Notes: generated by a model from the letters alone, not told the origin. A stretch of DNA of 64,000 nt from Truepera sp. (GCA_965218435.1 CBDCKW010000005.1:448001-512000); one strand, 5' to 3'. Counted from the first letter of the stretch, positions 47,947-58,791 are shown. A program made the numbers and translations.

Positions 47947-49399
47947 CAGTAGTCTGTTGACAAGCGTCATTGATTGTTTTAGAACCGAGTATGAAAAGTC
48001 GTCGTCTGTCAGTCACGCCTGCACCTGGTTTATTAGAGGCATATAGCACCGCGTTCGACGACCTGTTCTCGAAACGCAATCAGCGCGACGTCTTCCGGCG
48101 CTATTTAGAGGGATTGTTGCTTCTCAGCGGGCGAAACAAGACCTTAACGGCGCTAGCGAACACCGAGCCGGTGGTGGACTCGGTTCACCCACAAGCGCAA
48201 AAGCTCCAGTGGTTCCTATCCGAGTCGACGTGGGATCCAGCAGTCGTCAATGTGCGACGCCTTGCTTTGCTGCAACAGACTGCTTCTACGGCGGCCACGC
48301 CCCAGGGAGTGTTGGTGATAGATGAAACCGGGGATCGTAAGTGGGGCAGCAAGACAGCCCATGTAGGTAGACAGTATCTTGGAAGTATCGGTAAAACCGA
48401 CAATGGCGTCGTTTCGGTCCACAGCCTCTGGGCTGATGAACAGCACTACTATCCCATCGAGTTCGAGCCCTACACCCCAGCGCACTGGTTTAGTCGCAAA
48501 GATAAGGACCCTGAGTTCCGCACCAAGCCTAAGATCGCCTTGACGCTCGTAAAACAGGCTCGAGCCGCTAACATCCCTTTTCGCGCAGTAGTGGCGGACA
48601 GTTTCTACGGGAAGAATGATGCTTTCAGGGACGGCTTAGAAAATGGCGGTGTTCCATTCGTGCTGGCGCTCTACCCGTCACATACCTGGTGGCATAAAAT
48701 CGGCACCATCGGCTCGGCCCAGGAAATAGCGCGTGCAGCACCTTGGCGTGAGAACGATCCAGGCAAGTGGCAATGGCAGGAGCGTTCCTTTCGAGATGGG
48801 CATAAGGAAATCTGGTGGGTATTGGAGGGTGAAGCGGGTCCTTATGGCGTCAACAAACCTCGGCGTCTGATCATCGCCACGACGGATCCGGAACAGCTGC
48901 CCACCTTGACAACCTGGTACCTCACGACGAACCTGCCTGCACCGAACTCACAACGCAAGAGAGAAGATAAGCTCGAGGCAGCAGGCGCTGGCGAAATAGT
49001 TAACCTTTACGGGCTCAGAATCTGGGTCGAGCAGAGCTATAAGCAGGTCAAGCAGCACCTGGGTTGGGCTGAATATCAGGTCCGCAGCGACCTTGCCATG
49101 CGGCGTCATTGGCAGCTCGTATGCTGTGCTTTTTCCTTCTGCTGGTGGGCGCTTAGCCAAGATAGCGGAGCTGTTAAAAACCCGGGACTCAAAAAAAAGT
49201 CCCGTCATTTCCTTGCGGCGGCTGACTTGGCCGCAGGCACTGAGAAAGATTCAGGCCTATCTCGAACCCCACCTCATGCTCTGGCGCTACTGGCAAGCGT
49301 GGTCCGAGCGGCCCCCGCCAGCTGAGTTGCAGGCACTGCTCGACTGGACCTTTCAGGGCAAACCGCTTTATCTCTACTGCTGATGTCAACAGACTACTG
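47947..49399 (+). mobile_element. IS701-family element (transposase 47970..49325 plus -1 frame tail to 49383)
   Basis: 16-bp IRs CAGTAGTCTGTTGACA / TGTCAACAGACTACTG, TTAA on both sides; IDETG..K.G, V.RQY.G..GK..N, ADS.YG. Confidence 0.9.
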
Positions 49400-49412
49400 T
49401 TAAGTTAACCTT

Positions 49413-50618
49413 TTACAACCTGCCGCGCTGACCAAATGAACTTACAAACTTGGTCCACAACAATCGAGCCACATCAATGGTCAACTCAGTCTGGCGCTGA
49501 CCATTTGGAAACGCTTCGACCTCGCTCTGGTACTGAGCAGTGTAACCGTCATCAGTAATCGTGATGCGGCCATTTAAATGATAATAGGGTTCCCCACCGT
49601 AGAAACCAGGTTGTCCCACCTCATAAAGGACGACCCAGCCGTTCCAAGTCTGCTCGAGTCGCACCCGGTGTGAGGCCAACTGCTCCCCATTAGCTTCGCC
49701 TCGAACGATGAAGGCATTTTGCCCCTCTTGCCTTACCGTGATAGTGGCGTGGGGATGTTGGCTGTTGAATACTTTGGCCGCAACCCTAAATTCTTTCAGA
49801 GCCCGCTTGAGTGCCTTCCGCGCGAATTTCTCCCGGTCTGCCTCAGCGAGTTTTTTCCTCACCTTGGGAACGTCGAGTTTGGATCGGCTTGCAGCATTGT
49901 CTGAACGGCTAGGCGATGCTTTGGTCTTTGAGCGCACCTTGGGACCAGGGTTGCTTAGCCGAAAGGTAGAAGCCGCATCACCCTGACCATCCCGGGCCTG
50001 CTTAGCGCCCTGCCGTAACCTTGGTGGTAGCGCAGACTGCCTACTTATTTTACGAGAGCCCTTGTGATCATCCGTATACCGTTTAAGCACAGCCCGCGCT
50101 TCTAGCGTGAGATGTTCACGCATCATCCCCTCGAACGCTTTATCCGTGCCGTATTCCCTTGCCAAACCGTCCTTAAACACCCGTTGCTTGAAAAGTTGCA
50201 CCTGCTTGAGTTGCTCCGGATCAAGCCGGTCGATATCAGTTGCAACTTTACTACGGAAATAGAACATCACGCTTGGCTTGTACTTGCGTCGTCGCGACCA
50301 CTGCCGCCTAGCGAACTCGTACTCCTCGATCGTTCCCGAGGCAGCCTTGCCGGTGGGGGTACCCACTCGCGTCCACATAATCCCTAAGAAAATATCGTAG
50401 GGGCCAATCTGCCCGAAAATGGCGTCTTGAGCACGACCCTTTTTGGTTGCAGCAGGGCGGGTGTGGGTCTCCCAACCTTTGACATTGAGGCGGAAGCCAT
50501 CGTGTTCTCCGGAAGTGCGGTTGACCTCCTCGACAGCGGTTCGGACGGCCGCGCGCTCGCGCTTGACGTCACCAGGCGAGGCGAGGAAGACGGTTATCTC
50601 GACGACGTCTTTAGGCAC
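49413..50618 (-). CDS. DUF4062-like (TIR/deoxyribosyltransferase-fold) domain protein
   Basis: VFLASPGDV..ER, WE, DIFLGIMWTR.GTPTG...SGT.EEY; basic linker; separate C-terminal domain. Confidence 0.75.
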   Translation of the reverse strand: MPKDVVEITVFLASPGDVKRERAAVRTAVEEVNRTSGEHDGFRLNVKGWETHTRPAATKKGRAQDAIFGQIGPYDIFLGIMWTRVGTPTGKAASGTIEEYEFARRQWSRRRKYKPSVMFYFRSKVATDIDRLDPEQLKQVQLFKQRVFKDGLAREYGTDKAFEGMMREHLTLEARAVLKRYTDDHKGSRKISRQSALPPRLRQGAKQARDGQGDAASTFRLSNPGPKVRSKTKASPSRSDNAASRSKLDVPKVRKKLAEADREKFARKALKRALKEFRVAAKVFNSQHPHATITVRQEGQNAFIVRGEANGEQLASHRVRLEQTWNGWVVLYEVGQPGFYGGEPYYHLNGRITITDDGYTAQYQSEVEAFPNGQRQTELTIDVARLLWTKFVSSFGQRGRL

Positions 50619-50789
50619 AGTAGCTCAACGGTCCAGTCCTGGCCAAAGCGGGATGCGAATAACTATGGTGGACATCTTGTTCAAGTGTACCAACGTGCTG
50701 CAATATCAGGAATCTAAGGTTCCGTTTTGTTCTCTCACTCACGCGCGGTGGGTCCCTGATCAGCTCAAGCTGGCTCCGTCTGTATAACT

Positions 50790-51562
50790 TATGCGCCCGC
50801 CGCTCAGGGTGGTGTCCATCAGGAAGTCGATCGCCCAGACGTGGTGGGCGTGTTCCGGTTTGCGCTGGTGGCAGGCGTTCTCACCGTTCCCCAAACGAGT
50901 TCGTTTATGAGCTTTGGTCGGTACTTTCAGCCCTTCGGCCCGCCACAACCGCTGCACCCGCTTACGGTTAACGGCCCAGTGCGCTCTGTTGAGCTCGGCG
51001 GTGATACGCCGGTAGCCGTAGCGGGGGTGTAGTTCGGCGAGTTCATGGAGGCGCTTGACCAGTTCTTTGTCCCACTCCGGGCGCTGAAGCGGGTACTGCT
51101 GCGTGCTCCCAGCTTGGCCCAGCGCTCGGCAGGCCCGCCTTTCGCTGACGCCCAGTTCGCGGCGGACGTGGCTGACAACGTCCCGGCGGGTGCTGGGCGT
51201 CAGAACTTTGTTTTCAGCGCCTCTTTGAAGATGTCGTTGTCGAGTTCTTTCTCGGCCAGCAATCTCTTGAGCCGGGCGTTCTCCTTCTCAAGTTCCTTGA
51301 GCTGTCTGGCGTCGCCCTTCTCCATCCCGCCGTACTTCTTACGCCAGCGGTAGAAGCTCCACTCGCTGATCGAGAGCGTGCGGCACGCTTCAGCAACTGT
51401 CTTTCCCTGGTTGGTTGCCTTCTCGATGTCGCGGAGAATATCGATGATCTGCTCGGGAGTGTGAGTCTTTCGCATGGCCATTCCTTTCAGCCTGACTCAC
51501 ATCCTGCTTGGCTTAGGTTTTTGGGGTCATCCCAGAGCTGATCGTGGTCGGACCCGGGCTCA
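50790..51562 (-). mobile_element. IS3-family element, truncated (orfA 51200..51481, partial orfB)
   Basis: PEQII.ILR...SE..FYRWRKKYGGM...LK.LE.EN.RLK; OrfB YGYRRI, N.KRV.RLWR, VWAIDF. Confidence 0.85.
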
Positions 51563-51885
51563 CCACCCGGCATAATGCCATCGAAACGCCAACGATGCGC
51601 AAGCGGCGTAAGGACCGGATGAAGGGCAAGCTCGAGCCCCTCGTTCGCTTCGGCATGTTCGAAGTGTTTAGCGGGAAAGAGTGGCAAAGGGCGAAGGAGG
51701 TCTAACCTGAGCTTTTAGGTCGAGGGTGCCGCCAGCCCCAGCTCAGCCACGGAGTCGAGCTTGCCGCCGCTGCACACGCCGTTCACCCGGGCACCTAAGA
51801 GCTTGGCGCGCACTATCCCGAATCCGCCCACTCTTGAGCCTCACGTAGCTCCAGTCGGTAGCGGTCCGAAAAGCGCCCCCCGGGC

Positions 51886-52244
51886 GTGGACTTACGCTGC
51901 GCTATGGTCGGGGTTTTCGTGCTCGTGTTCGCGCTTCACTTAGCGGCTGCGCTGCTCGCCGAAAAGCCCCCTAAAGACGGTGAACGGTACCTCACGATGG
52001 CCGCCTTCGTGCTGCTCATCCCGGCGCTGTTAAGTACCTCCAAGTTGAAACTACACGTTAATGTCTGTAGCAGTGTGGTTGCTTCAAGCTCTTGGTCATT
52101 CAAAATCTTAGCTTGTCAGCTCTTCAGGTAGGAAAGCATTATCCAGGGTTTTTAGGTTGGACGTACTTAGTGCAGAGGCTGCCGCTCACCATCTTGCCCC
52201 TGCTTTCACTCTTTTTCGCGGCGTACCTGCGCTGTGCGCGGTAA
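51886..52244 (+). pseudogene. small membrane protein interrupted by IS630-type MITE
   Basis: Removing the MITE and one TA restores ...LLIPALLVQRLPLTILPLLSLFFAAYLRCAR*. Confidence 0.6.
52033..52167. mobile_element. IS630-type MITE (135 bp)
   Basis: TA-AGTACCTCCAA...TTGGACGTACT-TA, ends match IS630 at 46862..47943. Confidence 0.8.
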
Positions 52245-52316
52245 GGTTTTTCCCAACGGTTACCGCCCGGACAAGGAAATCTGGTACGTTAGGCAAGCTT
52301 TAGAGGAGGCCAAGCG

Positions 52317-52598
52317 GTGGCAAACATCTCGAAAACGGACCTGGTCAAAGAACTGGCGGAAAAAACCGGCATGGGCCAGAAAGACGTCAAGACCGTGGTG
52401 GAGGGGATGCTCGAGAGCGTTACGCATCACCTCAAAGGAGGCGACAAGGTGCAGCTTACCGGCTTCGGCACCTTCGAGGTTAGGGAGCGCAGCGCCCGCA
52501 CGGGTGTCAAACCCGGCACGACGGAGGAGATGGAGTTTCCGACGAGCAAGGTCCCGGCGTTCAAAGCGGGCAAGGCCCTCAAGGATGACATCGCCTAG
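52317..52598 (+). CDS. HU-family DNA-binding protein
   Basis: SKTDLV..LAEKTG, VQLTGFGTFEVRERSARTGVKPGT, VPAFKAGKALKD. Confidence 0.92.
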   Translation: MANISKTDLVKELAEKTGMGQKDVKTVVEGMLESVTHHLKGGDKVQLTGFGTFEVRERSARTGVKPGTTEEMEFPTSKVPAFKAGKALKDDIA

Positions 52599-52664
52599 CT
52601 TTGCTGGCCCGCCATAACGGCCTCTTAACCGATCAACTCAGGCTTTTCGTCAATCCAAGCTCGG

Positions 52665-53510
52665 TTACACCCGGTCGAGTCCGGCTTCACGCCACACCTT
52701 AGCGAGCGCTTCGGCGGTCGTCCGCACCGCGTCCTCGGGGGCCATCGCCCGCAGCGGCGCGTTAAACGGCTCGACGACGACTGGGCCGTCGTAGCCGACC
52801 CGCTGCAAGGTGCCCAGGAAGCTATTCAGGTCGACGACCCCGGTTTCCCCCGGCAGGCAGCGGACGCCGTCCACCTGATCGTCGATGGCGACGCCCGCGG
52901 GCGCGTCGTTGACGTGGACGTCCACCACGTTTCCGGCGGTAAGGCGTTCCAGGTCCGCCGGGTCGTGGCCCGAGGTGTACCAGTGCCAGGCGTCGAGCAG
53001 CAGCCCTACGTTCGGGCCAACCGCGTCGCACAGCTCGAGCATCCCCGGAACCGTATGGATGAACGCGTAGGGGTGTCCGTCGCGCAGCGTCTTGGGGCCG
53101 AGGAACTCGAGGCCCAGCCGGATGCCGTGCTCGGCCAGGATGGCTGCTGGTCGCACCAAACGCTCTTGGTGGAAGTCGAAGTTGGCCCTGTAGTCCCGGT
53201 CGTTGCTCCACGAGAAAACGTAGGTCGAGGCGCGGCTGCAGCCGACCCGCTGCGCGGCCTCAGCGACGGACCTCAGCCGAGCTAGCGACGCTTCATACGC
53301 GTCGTTGTCGCCCCGGATATCGACGGGCAGGCCGAACGAGCCGGGTTTCAGGCCGTGCTCGGTGAGCGTCTCGCGCACGGCGTCGGCCTCCTCAAGCAGG
53401 TGTCCGGCGTCGAGCGCCAGCCCCTCGAAGCCGTAACGCGCCGCTAGCCGGGCACCCTCCTCGAAACTCACGGACACGTCGATGGCCCCGGGACTTAGGG
53501 TTCGGTACAT
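52665..53510 (-). CDS. sugar-phosphate isomerase/epimerase (AP endonuclease 2 TIM barrel)
   Basis: LGLEFLGP, GLLLDAWHW, VHVND, R.LPG.TG..D, GYDGPV.VE; GGAGG RBS before ATG 53510. Confidence 0.85.
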   Translation of the reverse strand: MYRTLSPGAIDVSVSFEEGARLAARYGFEGLALDAGHLLEEADAVRETLTEHGLKPGSFGLPVDIRGDNDAYEASLARLRSVAEAAQRVGCSRASTYVFSWSNDRDYRANFDFHQERLVRPAAILAEHGIRLGLEFLGPKTLRDGHPYAFIHTVPGMLELCDAVGPNVGLLLDAWHWYTSGHDPADLERLTAGNVVDVHVNDAPAGVAIDDQVDGVRCLPGETGVVDLNSFLGTLQRVGYDGPVVVEPFNAPLRAMAPEDAVRTTAEALAKVWREAGLDRV

Positions 53511-53706
53511 ACGAGCCTCCTCCAGACGGCATGATTCTACCCTGACGGCTCGGGCCTCTGCGCCGTTCGCCGCCACCGACAACTGCTCAACGTTGCTGCC
53601 GCTACGGATCAGCACCGCGTTTATGCTGTTGTGCTTTAATGAGGCGCGTTCCAAATCAACAGGTCGGGCGGCGCACTCGCGGCGTCTCCGGGTCCAAAGG
53701 GGTCGA

Positions 53707-54774
53707 ATGATGTGGCGAATCGGTCTGGCAAGCTTGCTCGTTCTCGCGCTCGCGGCGTGCAGCCAAAGGCCTGCTTCCGAGCCGACCTCGGGGCCGCCGG
53801 CGCTCGAGTCCCTGGGCCGCCTGAGTTTCCGAGGCGCGGACCCGAGCGTGATCCGCGTCGGCGGCACCTACTACGCCGTCGATTCGGTTGACAAGAATGT
53901 CTACGTGCGCTCGTCGGGTACGGTCGACGGGCTCGGCACCGCGGCCCGGCGGGTGGTGTGGACCAGTAATCTCGGCAACGTCTGGGCACCCGAGCTCGTG
54001 CGCGACCCCCTGACCGGGCGCTTCTACATCTTCTTCGCCCCCGGAGCCGGGGAGCAAAAACGGATGTTTGTGATCGAGTCGGCGTCGCCCGACACCGGCT
54101 ACGGCAATGAACGGCGCATGGCGCTGCCCGACGACAAGTGGGCCATCGACGGCACCTCGTTCGTCTACAACAATCAGCGCTGGTTCGTCTGGTCGGGCTG
54201 GGTCGGCGACACCAACGTCGAGCAGACGCTCTTCCTCGCCCGCATGAACAGCGCCACCACTACCACCGGCCCCCGCTACGTCGTCTCGCAGCCGCGCGAG
54301 CCGTGGGAGCGCCGGGTCGGCAACCCGTTCATCAACGAGGGTCCCGAGCCGATCATCGACCCGAGCGGTCAGCTCCACCTCGCCTACTCGGCCAACGGTA
54401 GTTGGAGCGACCAGTACTGTTTGGCCGACCTGCGGCTGCGGCTGGACGGCGACCCCACCTACGTCTGGGACTGGTATAAGTCCAACGGCTGCCTGTTCGG
54501 CTCGGACCGCGCCGCCCTGATGAGCGGCTGGGACCCCACGCTCTACGCGAACGGCCCCGGGCACCACAGCTTCGTGCTCCTGAACGGCGACCCGAACACG
54601 AGCCCGCCCGCGGGGTCGCGCTTCCCGCTGATGTACCACGCGGTCGCCAAGGGCACGCCCTACACCTGGGAGAACCGCTTCTGGTACTCGGGCACCTTCG
54701 CCTGGTGGGGCAACACCACCTACACGCGCGGTTCAGCGTCGAACACGGGCTGGAGCCTTAAGTTCTTCGAGTAG
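53707..54774 (+). CDS. GH43 glycoside hydrolase lipoprotein
   Basis: Lipobox LAAC; ADPSV, WAPE, WAIDG, NEGP, YSA.GSW, GPGHHSF. Confidence 0.88.
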   Translation: MMWRIGLASLLVLALAACSQRPASEPTSGPPALESLGRLSFRGADPSVIRVGGTYYAVDSVDKNVYVRSSGTVDGLGTAARRVVWTSNLGNVWAPELVRDPLTGRFYIFFAPGAGEQKRMFVIESASPDTGYGNERRMALPDDKWAIDGTSFVYNNQRWFVWSGWVGDTNVEQTLFLARMNSATTTTGPRYVVSQPREPWERRVGNPFINEGPEPIIDPSGQLHLAYSANGSWSDQYCLADLRLRLDGDPTYVWDWYKSNGCLFGSDRAALMSGWDPTLYANGPGHHSFVLLNGDPNTSPPAGSRFPLMYHAVAKGTPYTWENRFWYSGTFAWWGNTTYTRGSASNTGWSLKFFE

Positions 54775-54782
54775 GTTTGGCG

Positions 54783-54827
54783 GGCGTCGACTGCAACCGT
54801 GTTCGGCTTCAGGTTGCAGTCGACGCC
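54783..54827. terminator. hairpin downstream of GH43
   Basis: GGCGTCGACTGCAACC ... GGTTGCAGTCGACGCC 16-bp stem. Confidence 0.55.
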
Positions 54828-54959
54828 GCTTAACTTAAGCGCGGGTCGCTACGCCACGGGTGTGACACGGGGTTCGCTGGCCCACCCGAACATCGGCGGG
54901 ACGCCCACCTTAAGAAAACTTGGCGTCGGTGGAAACCCGATCTGGACACGGTAGCGAAA

Positions 54960-55175
54960 GACCGCGATCCGCGAGCGGGCAGGCAGGACATAGCCACGGC
55001 GCTCACTTAAGGAAACCTGCTTGAGCGCGTCGACCAGGGGCGAGGAGAGGTTGACCCGGGCGGTCTTACCACCCTTACCAGCGACAACTTTAAGTGTGGC
55101 GCTGCGGAGGTCGATGCCCTACCACTTGAGTGCGGCCATCTCGCTCATCCTAAACCCGGTGTACGCCCCTAACCG
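54960..55175 (-). pseudogene. tyrosine recombinase internal fragment
   Basis: Own translation LGAYTGFRMSEMAALKW*GIDL...LKV..GKGGKTARV.L. Confidence 0.8.
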
Positions 55176-55409
55176 CACTAAATATAATGGCATATTACCT
55201 CGAGTGCTAGGGGGTCATTAGTTCAGTGGGTCAAGAACCAAGCCAGGTTGTGAGCTGCAACTTTGCGACAGACGCTGGCTCTAATGCTCCAGAATGAGTT
55301 GAGCTGGCTCGTCAGTAAATGTCTAGAACGCAAAAGTGACGAGAAGACTGACTCGATGGACTTACGCAACCAGCCCAAAGCAGGTGTCCAGACTCTAGGG
55401 TGAAGCTCA

Positions 55410-56149
55410 GGTGTTGGGGGCTGTTGCGTCGAAGTTCTGCCTGACGAGATTCTCGGCTTTAGGACGCTGGTGCTTAGAAGTTGTCGTAGTCTTGAACTTA
55501 CGCTTGGTTTTGCCTCTAATGCCCGCTGAGCGCATCAGGCGGGCGACACGCTTGCGCCCGACGTTGTGTCCGGCAGCTTTTAGGTCCTTGTGGAGGCGCG
55601 GCGAACCGTAGGTAAAGCGGCTGCCACAGTGAAACATCATGATCTTCTCGGTCAGCCTTTCGTCGGCTTGCGCTCGCTGGCTTTTCCCTCGCCTCAACCA
55701 ACTATAAAAGCCGCTGAGCGACACAGCCAGTACCTGCGCCATCAAGCGGACCGCCCACCGAGCACGGTGTTCTTTGATGAAAGCGTATCTCACCGGCTTT
55801 CCCTGGCGAAGAACCCGACTGCCTTTTTTAAGATGTCACGCTCCTGTTTGACCCGCTCGAGTTCTCTTTTCAAACGAACGTTCTCTTGCTGTTCGGCGGT
55901 CAAAGCAACCTTGCCGTTCCCCGGAAACGCCAGCTCTCCGCCCTCACGCGCCTGTTTTCGCCACTTATACAAGCTGTAGTCGGAGACGCCCAGTTCCTGG
56001 GCTATCTGCACCACGCTTACCCCTGTTTGTTCACTCAACCGTACCGCTTCTCGTTTGAACTCTGCTGTATATACTTTGCGCTCGTTCATTTCGCCTCCAT
56101 ATTTGCATTAGAGGCTTAACTCGGTTTCCGTTTTATCGGGTCAATATCA
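55410..56149 (-). mobile_element. IS3-family element, truncated (orfA 55790..56089, orfB 5' part 55407..55793)
   Basis: Left end TGATATTGACCCGATAAAACGGAAACC; YT.EFK.EAV.L, ERDILKKA..FF; YGSPR, GRKRVARLMR. Confidence 0.88.
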
Positions 56150-56254
56150 ATCGGTGAACCTGAGGATGTTGCAGATGTAGCTGCATTTCTAGTCGGTGAC
56201 GACGCCAGATGGGTGACAGGGCAGGAGATTGGAGCTGCTGGCGGTGTATTCTAG
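56150..56254 (+). pseudogene. SDR oxidoreductase 3' fragment abutting the IS3 end
   Basis: IGEPEDVADVAAFLVGDDARWVTGQEI. Confidence 0.8.
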
Positions 56255-56525
56255 GATCGTTATGCCTAGCGAGATGGGACAACTTAGCGACTTGCCCTAA
56301 TTACTTTCGGTTTCTATATAGCCAGCTTCAAACGTCCGATTCGGCAAGTTCCTTGAGGCTAGTGATATTGCTGTCCTAGGTGGTGATTACAACGAGGCGG
56401 TTGCCCACCAAAATTCGGGAATTGGAGGTCAAACCCGTACGACGACCTAGACCAACAATAACCACGTGTGAGGCGTCAGGGCCAGGCAGGAGGTTTTGCT
56501 TCGGCTAGAAAAGCCCGAGCAAGCT

Positions 56526-57203
56526 TTACGACAGGTTTGTTACCTGCCGTCCACCCAGTCGTGACACACTAGGAATGCGTACCGAGGTTATCGAAAAAGT
56601 CGCACCAAGGTCTTGTTTTATGCCAATCAACAGGCGGATCAAATCCGCCGCCCCTTCGAGTAACCGTGCCTGCCTTAAGTCGCCGCAGAGTATTGGAACC
56701 AGTCCCATAGCCGTGGCTAACACGGCTACTGTGTTATTCGCCGCGCTATCGTCGCCCGCAATAAAACACGCAACCTTATGTTCTTGAAGAGGATGTAGGG
56801 CTGCTTCAAACACTTCCTGGGCCATCGTGTTAAAGGCTTTTACAATTCGCGCTTTTGGCAGTTGCTGTTGCAGCAGTTCCGAACGCGAAACTACGATAGC
56901 TTCATAAGCAAAGTTTGCAGGGACAGGTCCGTTGTGGGAGTCAATCACGATTTTACCATCGAGTACGCTGACGTCCTCGAGGACGAGGTTCGGGTTCACA
57001 TCCCTCGGGTTATAATAAATTACCTCACCAAACCTTGCCGCCGCTTGATTGCTTCCGTAAGACGCTCTCCCAGTAACTAGATCTGCGGCGGCCTTGGCTT
57101 TGGCTATGTCACGCGCCCCGAAATATACCTCATGACCTTGCTCTGCCCAGACAACACCTAATGACCTGCCCATATTGCCTGTGCCAACAATGCCAATTTT
57201 CAT
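56526..57203 (-). CDS. NADPH-dependent F420 reductase-family oxidoreductase
   Basis: MKIGIVGTGNMG, GKIVID..N, A.IVKAFNT, IAGDD. Confidence 0.85.
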   Translation of the reverse strand: MKIGIVGTGNMGRSLGVVWAEQGHEVYFGARDIAKAKAAADLVTGRASYGSNQAAARFGEVIYYNPRDVNPNLVLEDVSVLDGKIVIDSHNGPVPANFAYEAIVVSRSELLQQQLPKARIVKAFNTMAQEVFEAALHPLQEHKVACFIAGDDSAANNTVAVLATAMGLVPILCGDLRQARLLEGAADLIRLLIGIKQDLGATFSITSVRIPSVSRLGGRQVTNLS

Positions 57204-57264
57204 GATCGTTCTCCTTATGTTGAATAGGGACAGGGTGTGAGCTTTTCAGCGTCATCTTAGTGGT

Positions 57265-58101
57265 TTAGCGAAAGGGAAGAACCCGTCGATGCTGAATAAG
57301 TTCGCCGTAAAACTCTGGAAATTTATCGCTTAAGGTGGCTAACCAAACAATATCCTTGGCGGCCTCGTCTGGGCTTTGAGCCTGCGACATATCGGTAAAC
57401 CAGGGCCGCGAGGCGGCAGTATTCACTAACCCAGGACACGCCGCCGCGATCATAAGGTGGCGGCGTGCAGCTTCTTCACGCATGGACCGCGCCATGACCT
57501 TCACCGCTGCAACTTGCCCGATCTTAGAAGCAAGGTTGATCCAGTCTGGCCAGCCCTCCGCTTCGGCCCGGCCCGCCTCCACAGTTTGCACGTATTCCTT
57601 CATGACCCTCTCTAAATCAGCGAGGGTGAGATGCTCGACTTCAAACTTGGCATGGAGCTGGGCGGGTAGATGACGTAACGAACCAAACGAACTCGCCACC
57701 ACGACAAACCGCGCCCCGTCTTTTAGCAACGGGGAGAAGGTTTGAAGCAGTCGGTGAGTACCAAAATTGTTGGTGTTCACAAAGGTTCGCACCTGCTGGG
57801 CTGAAGAAAGGTTGGGGTCTAGGCGTGCCGCCGCGTTGGAAAGCACGAGGTCAATGCCGCCGTATTTTTCTTGAATTAACCTTGCGAGATCGGTGACACT
57901 AGCATCGTCGGTTACGTCGAGGACATGGAATTGCGGTGCCAGTCCTTCCGCTTCAAGCTGCTTCACGGCAGCCCTGCCGCGCTCAGGGTCTCGAGCCGTT
58001 AGGTACACGGTTCCGTCTGCTCCTAACTGTTGACAGAGTTTGCGTACTAGGGCGAGGCCTAGTCCTTGGTTGGCACCACTGACGACGGCGACTTTGTTCA
58101 T
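57265..58101 (-). CDS. SDR, carbonyl-reductase-like
   Basis: VVSGANQGLG, VYLTARD.ERG, LDVTD, CPGLV.T. Confidence 0.88.
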   Translation of the reverse strand: MNKVAVVSGANQGLGLALVRKLCQQLGADGTVYLTARDPERGRAAVKQLEAEGLAPQFHVLDVTDDASVTDLARLIQEKYGGIDLVLSNAAARLDPNLSSAQQVRTFVNTNNFGTHRLLQTFSPLLKDGARFVVVASSFGSLRHLPAQLHAKFEVEHLTLADLERVMKEYVQTVEAGRAEAEGWPDWINLASKIGQVAAVKVMARSMREEAARRHLMIAAACPGLVNTAASRPWFTDMSQAQSPDEAAKDIVWLATLSDKFPEFYGELIQHRRVLPFR

Positions 58102-58228
58102 CTTGATGACCTCGTTACACTGAAGATGATAGTTAGCTACAATTCCTCAGCTCGTCTAGTAAAAACTATCGTGCCTAACTTGTCCAGAAGGCACTTTTTG
58201 GTACCTACTGTAAAGGAGTACTTGAACG

Positions 58229-58591
58229 ATGAAACAACTACGAACGCGGCTTCACCCTTGCGAGGTGGACACGTGCCTCGAACTCATCTCCGGAAAATGG
58301 AAATCTCTTATCTTGTGGAAGCTGAGTCGGCAACCCTACTTGCATTTTGGCGAACTGCGGCGCGCACTGCCCGAAGTGACCCAGAAGATGCTGACCCAAC
58401 AACTCCGCGCCCTCGAGAGGGACCAGCTCATCACACGGACGGTGATCACGCCTAAACCGGTTCGCGTGCGTTACGAACTCAGCGCCTTTGGCGAAACGTT
58501 GCGACCGGTACTTGCGGCCACAGCTCAGTGGGGACAGCGACACCGACAACGCATTACGACCATCTTGCAAAGCCAAGAAGCGGATAGATAA
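58229..58591 (+). CDS. HxlR-family regulator
   Basis: ISGKWK.LILW.L, FGELRR.LP.VTQKMLTQQLR.LE.D.LI.R. Confidence 0.9.
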   Translation: MKQLRTRLHPCEVDTCLELISGKWKSLILWKLSRQPYLHFGELRRALPEVTQKMLTQQLRALERDQLITRTVITPKPVRVRYELSAFGETLRPVLAATAQWGQRHRQRITTILQSQEADR

Positions 58592-58664
58592 ATGTTTGGA
58601 GTTGCGCGAGCCTATCTTGACTAGAGCAGGCTGGCGTAGTGTCTAGGTCAAGTGAACAGCAGAG

Positions 58665-58791
58665 TCAGCGCTTCTCCGAGCTAATTAGCGCCTACGCCGT
58701 GCATCTCGACTACCGGTCTCTGCTTTGGTATAAAGATTTTCAAAAACTTTTATTCGAGGACGGGATTGACGTTAACCATAAAACGGTCTGA
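58665..58791 (+). pseudogene. decayed IS6 transposase fragment
   Basis: RFSELISAYAVHL.YR.LL.YKD.Q.LLFE.GIDV.HKTV*. Confidence 0.6.

Noticed and set aside
52665..54774. Overlapping 400-aa and 430-aa ORFs and the 327-aa antisense ORF
   Set aside because: Likely starts are 53510 (-) and 53707 (+), giving an ordinary divergent pair; the rest is GC-rich open frame.
55251..55409. Possible IS3-type MITE (TGAGCT...AGCTCA)
   Set aside because: Right end looks IS3-like, but the left match is weak and there is no target duplication.
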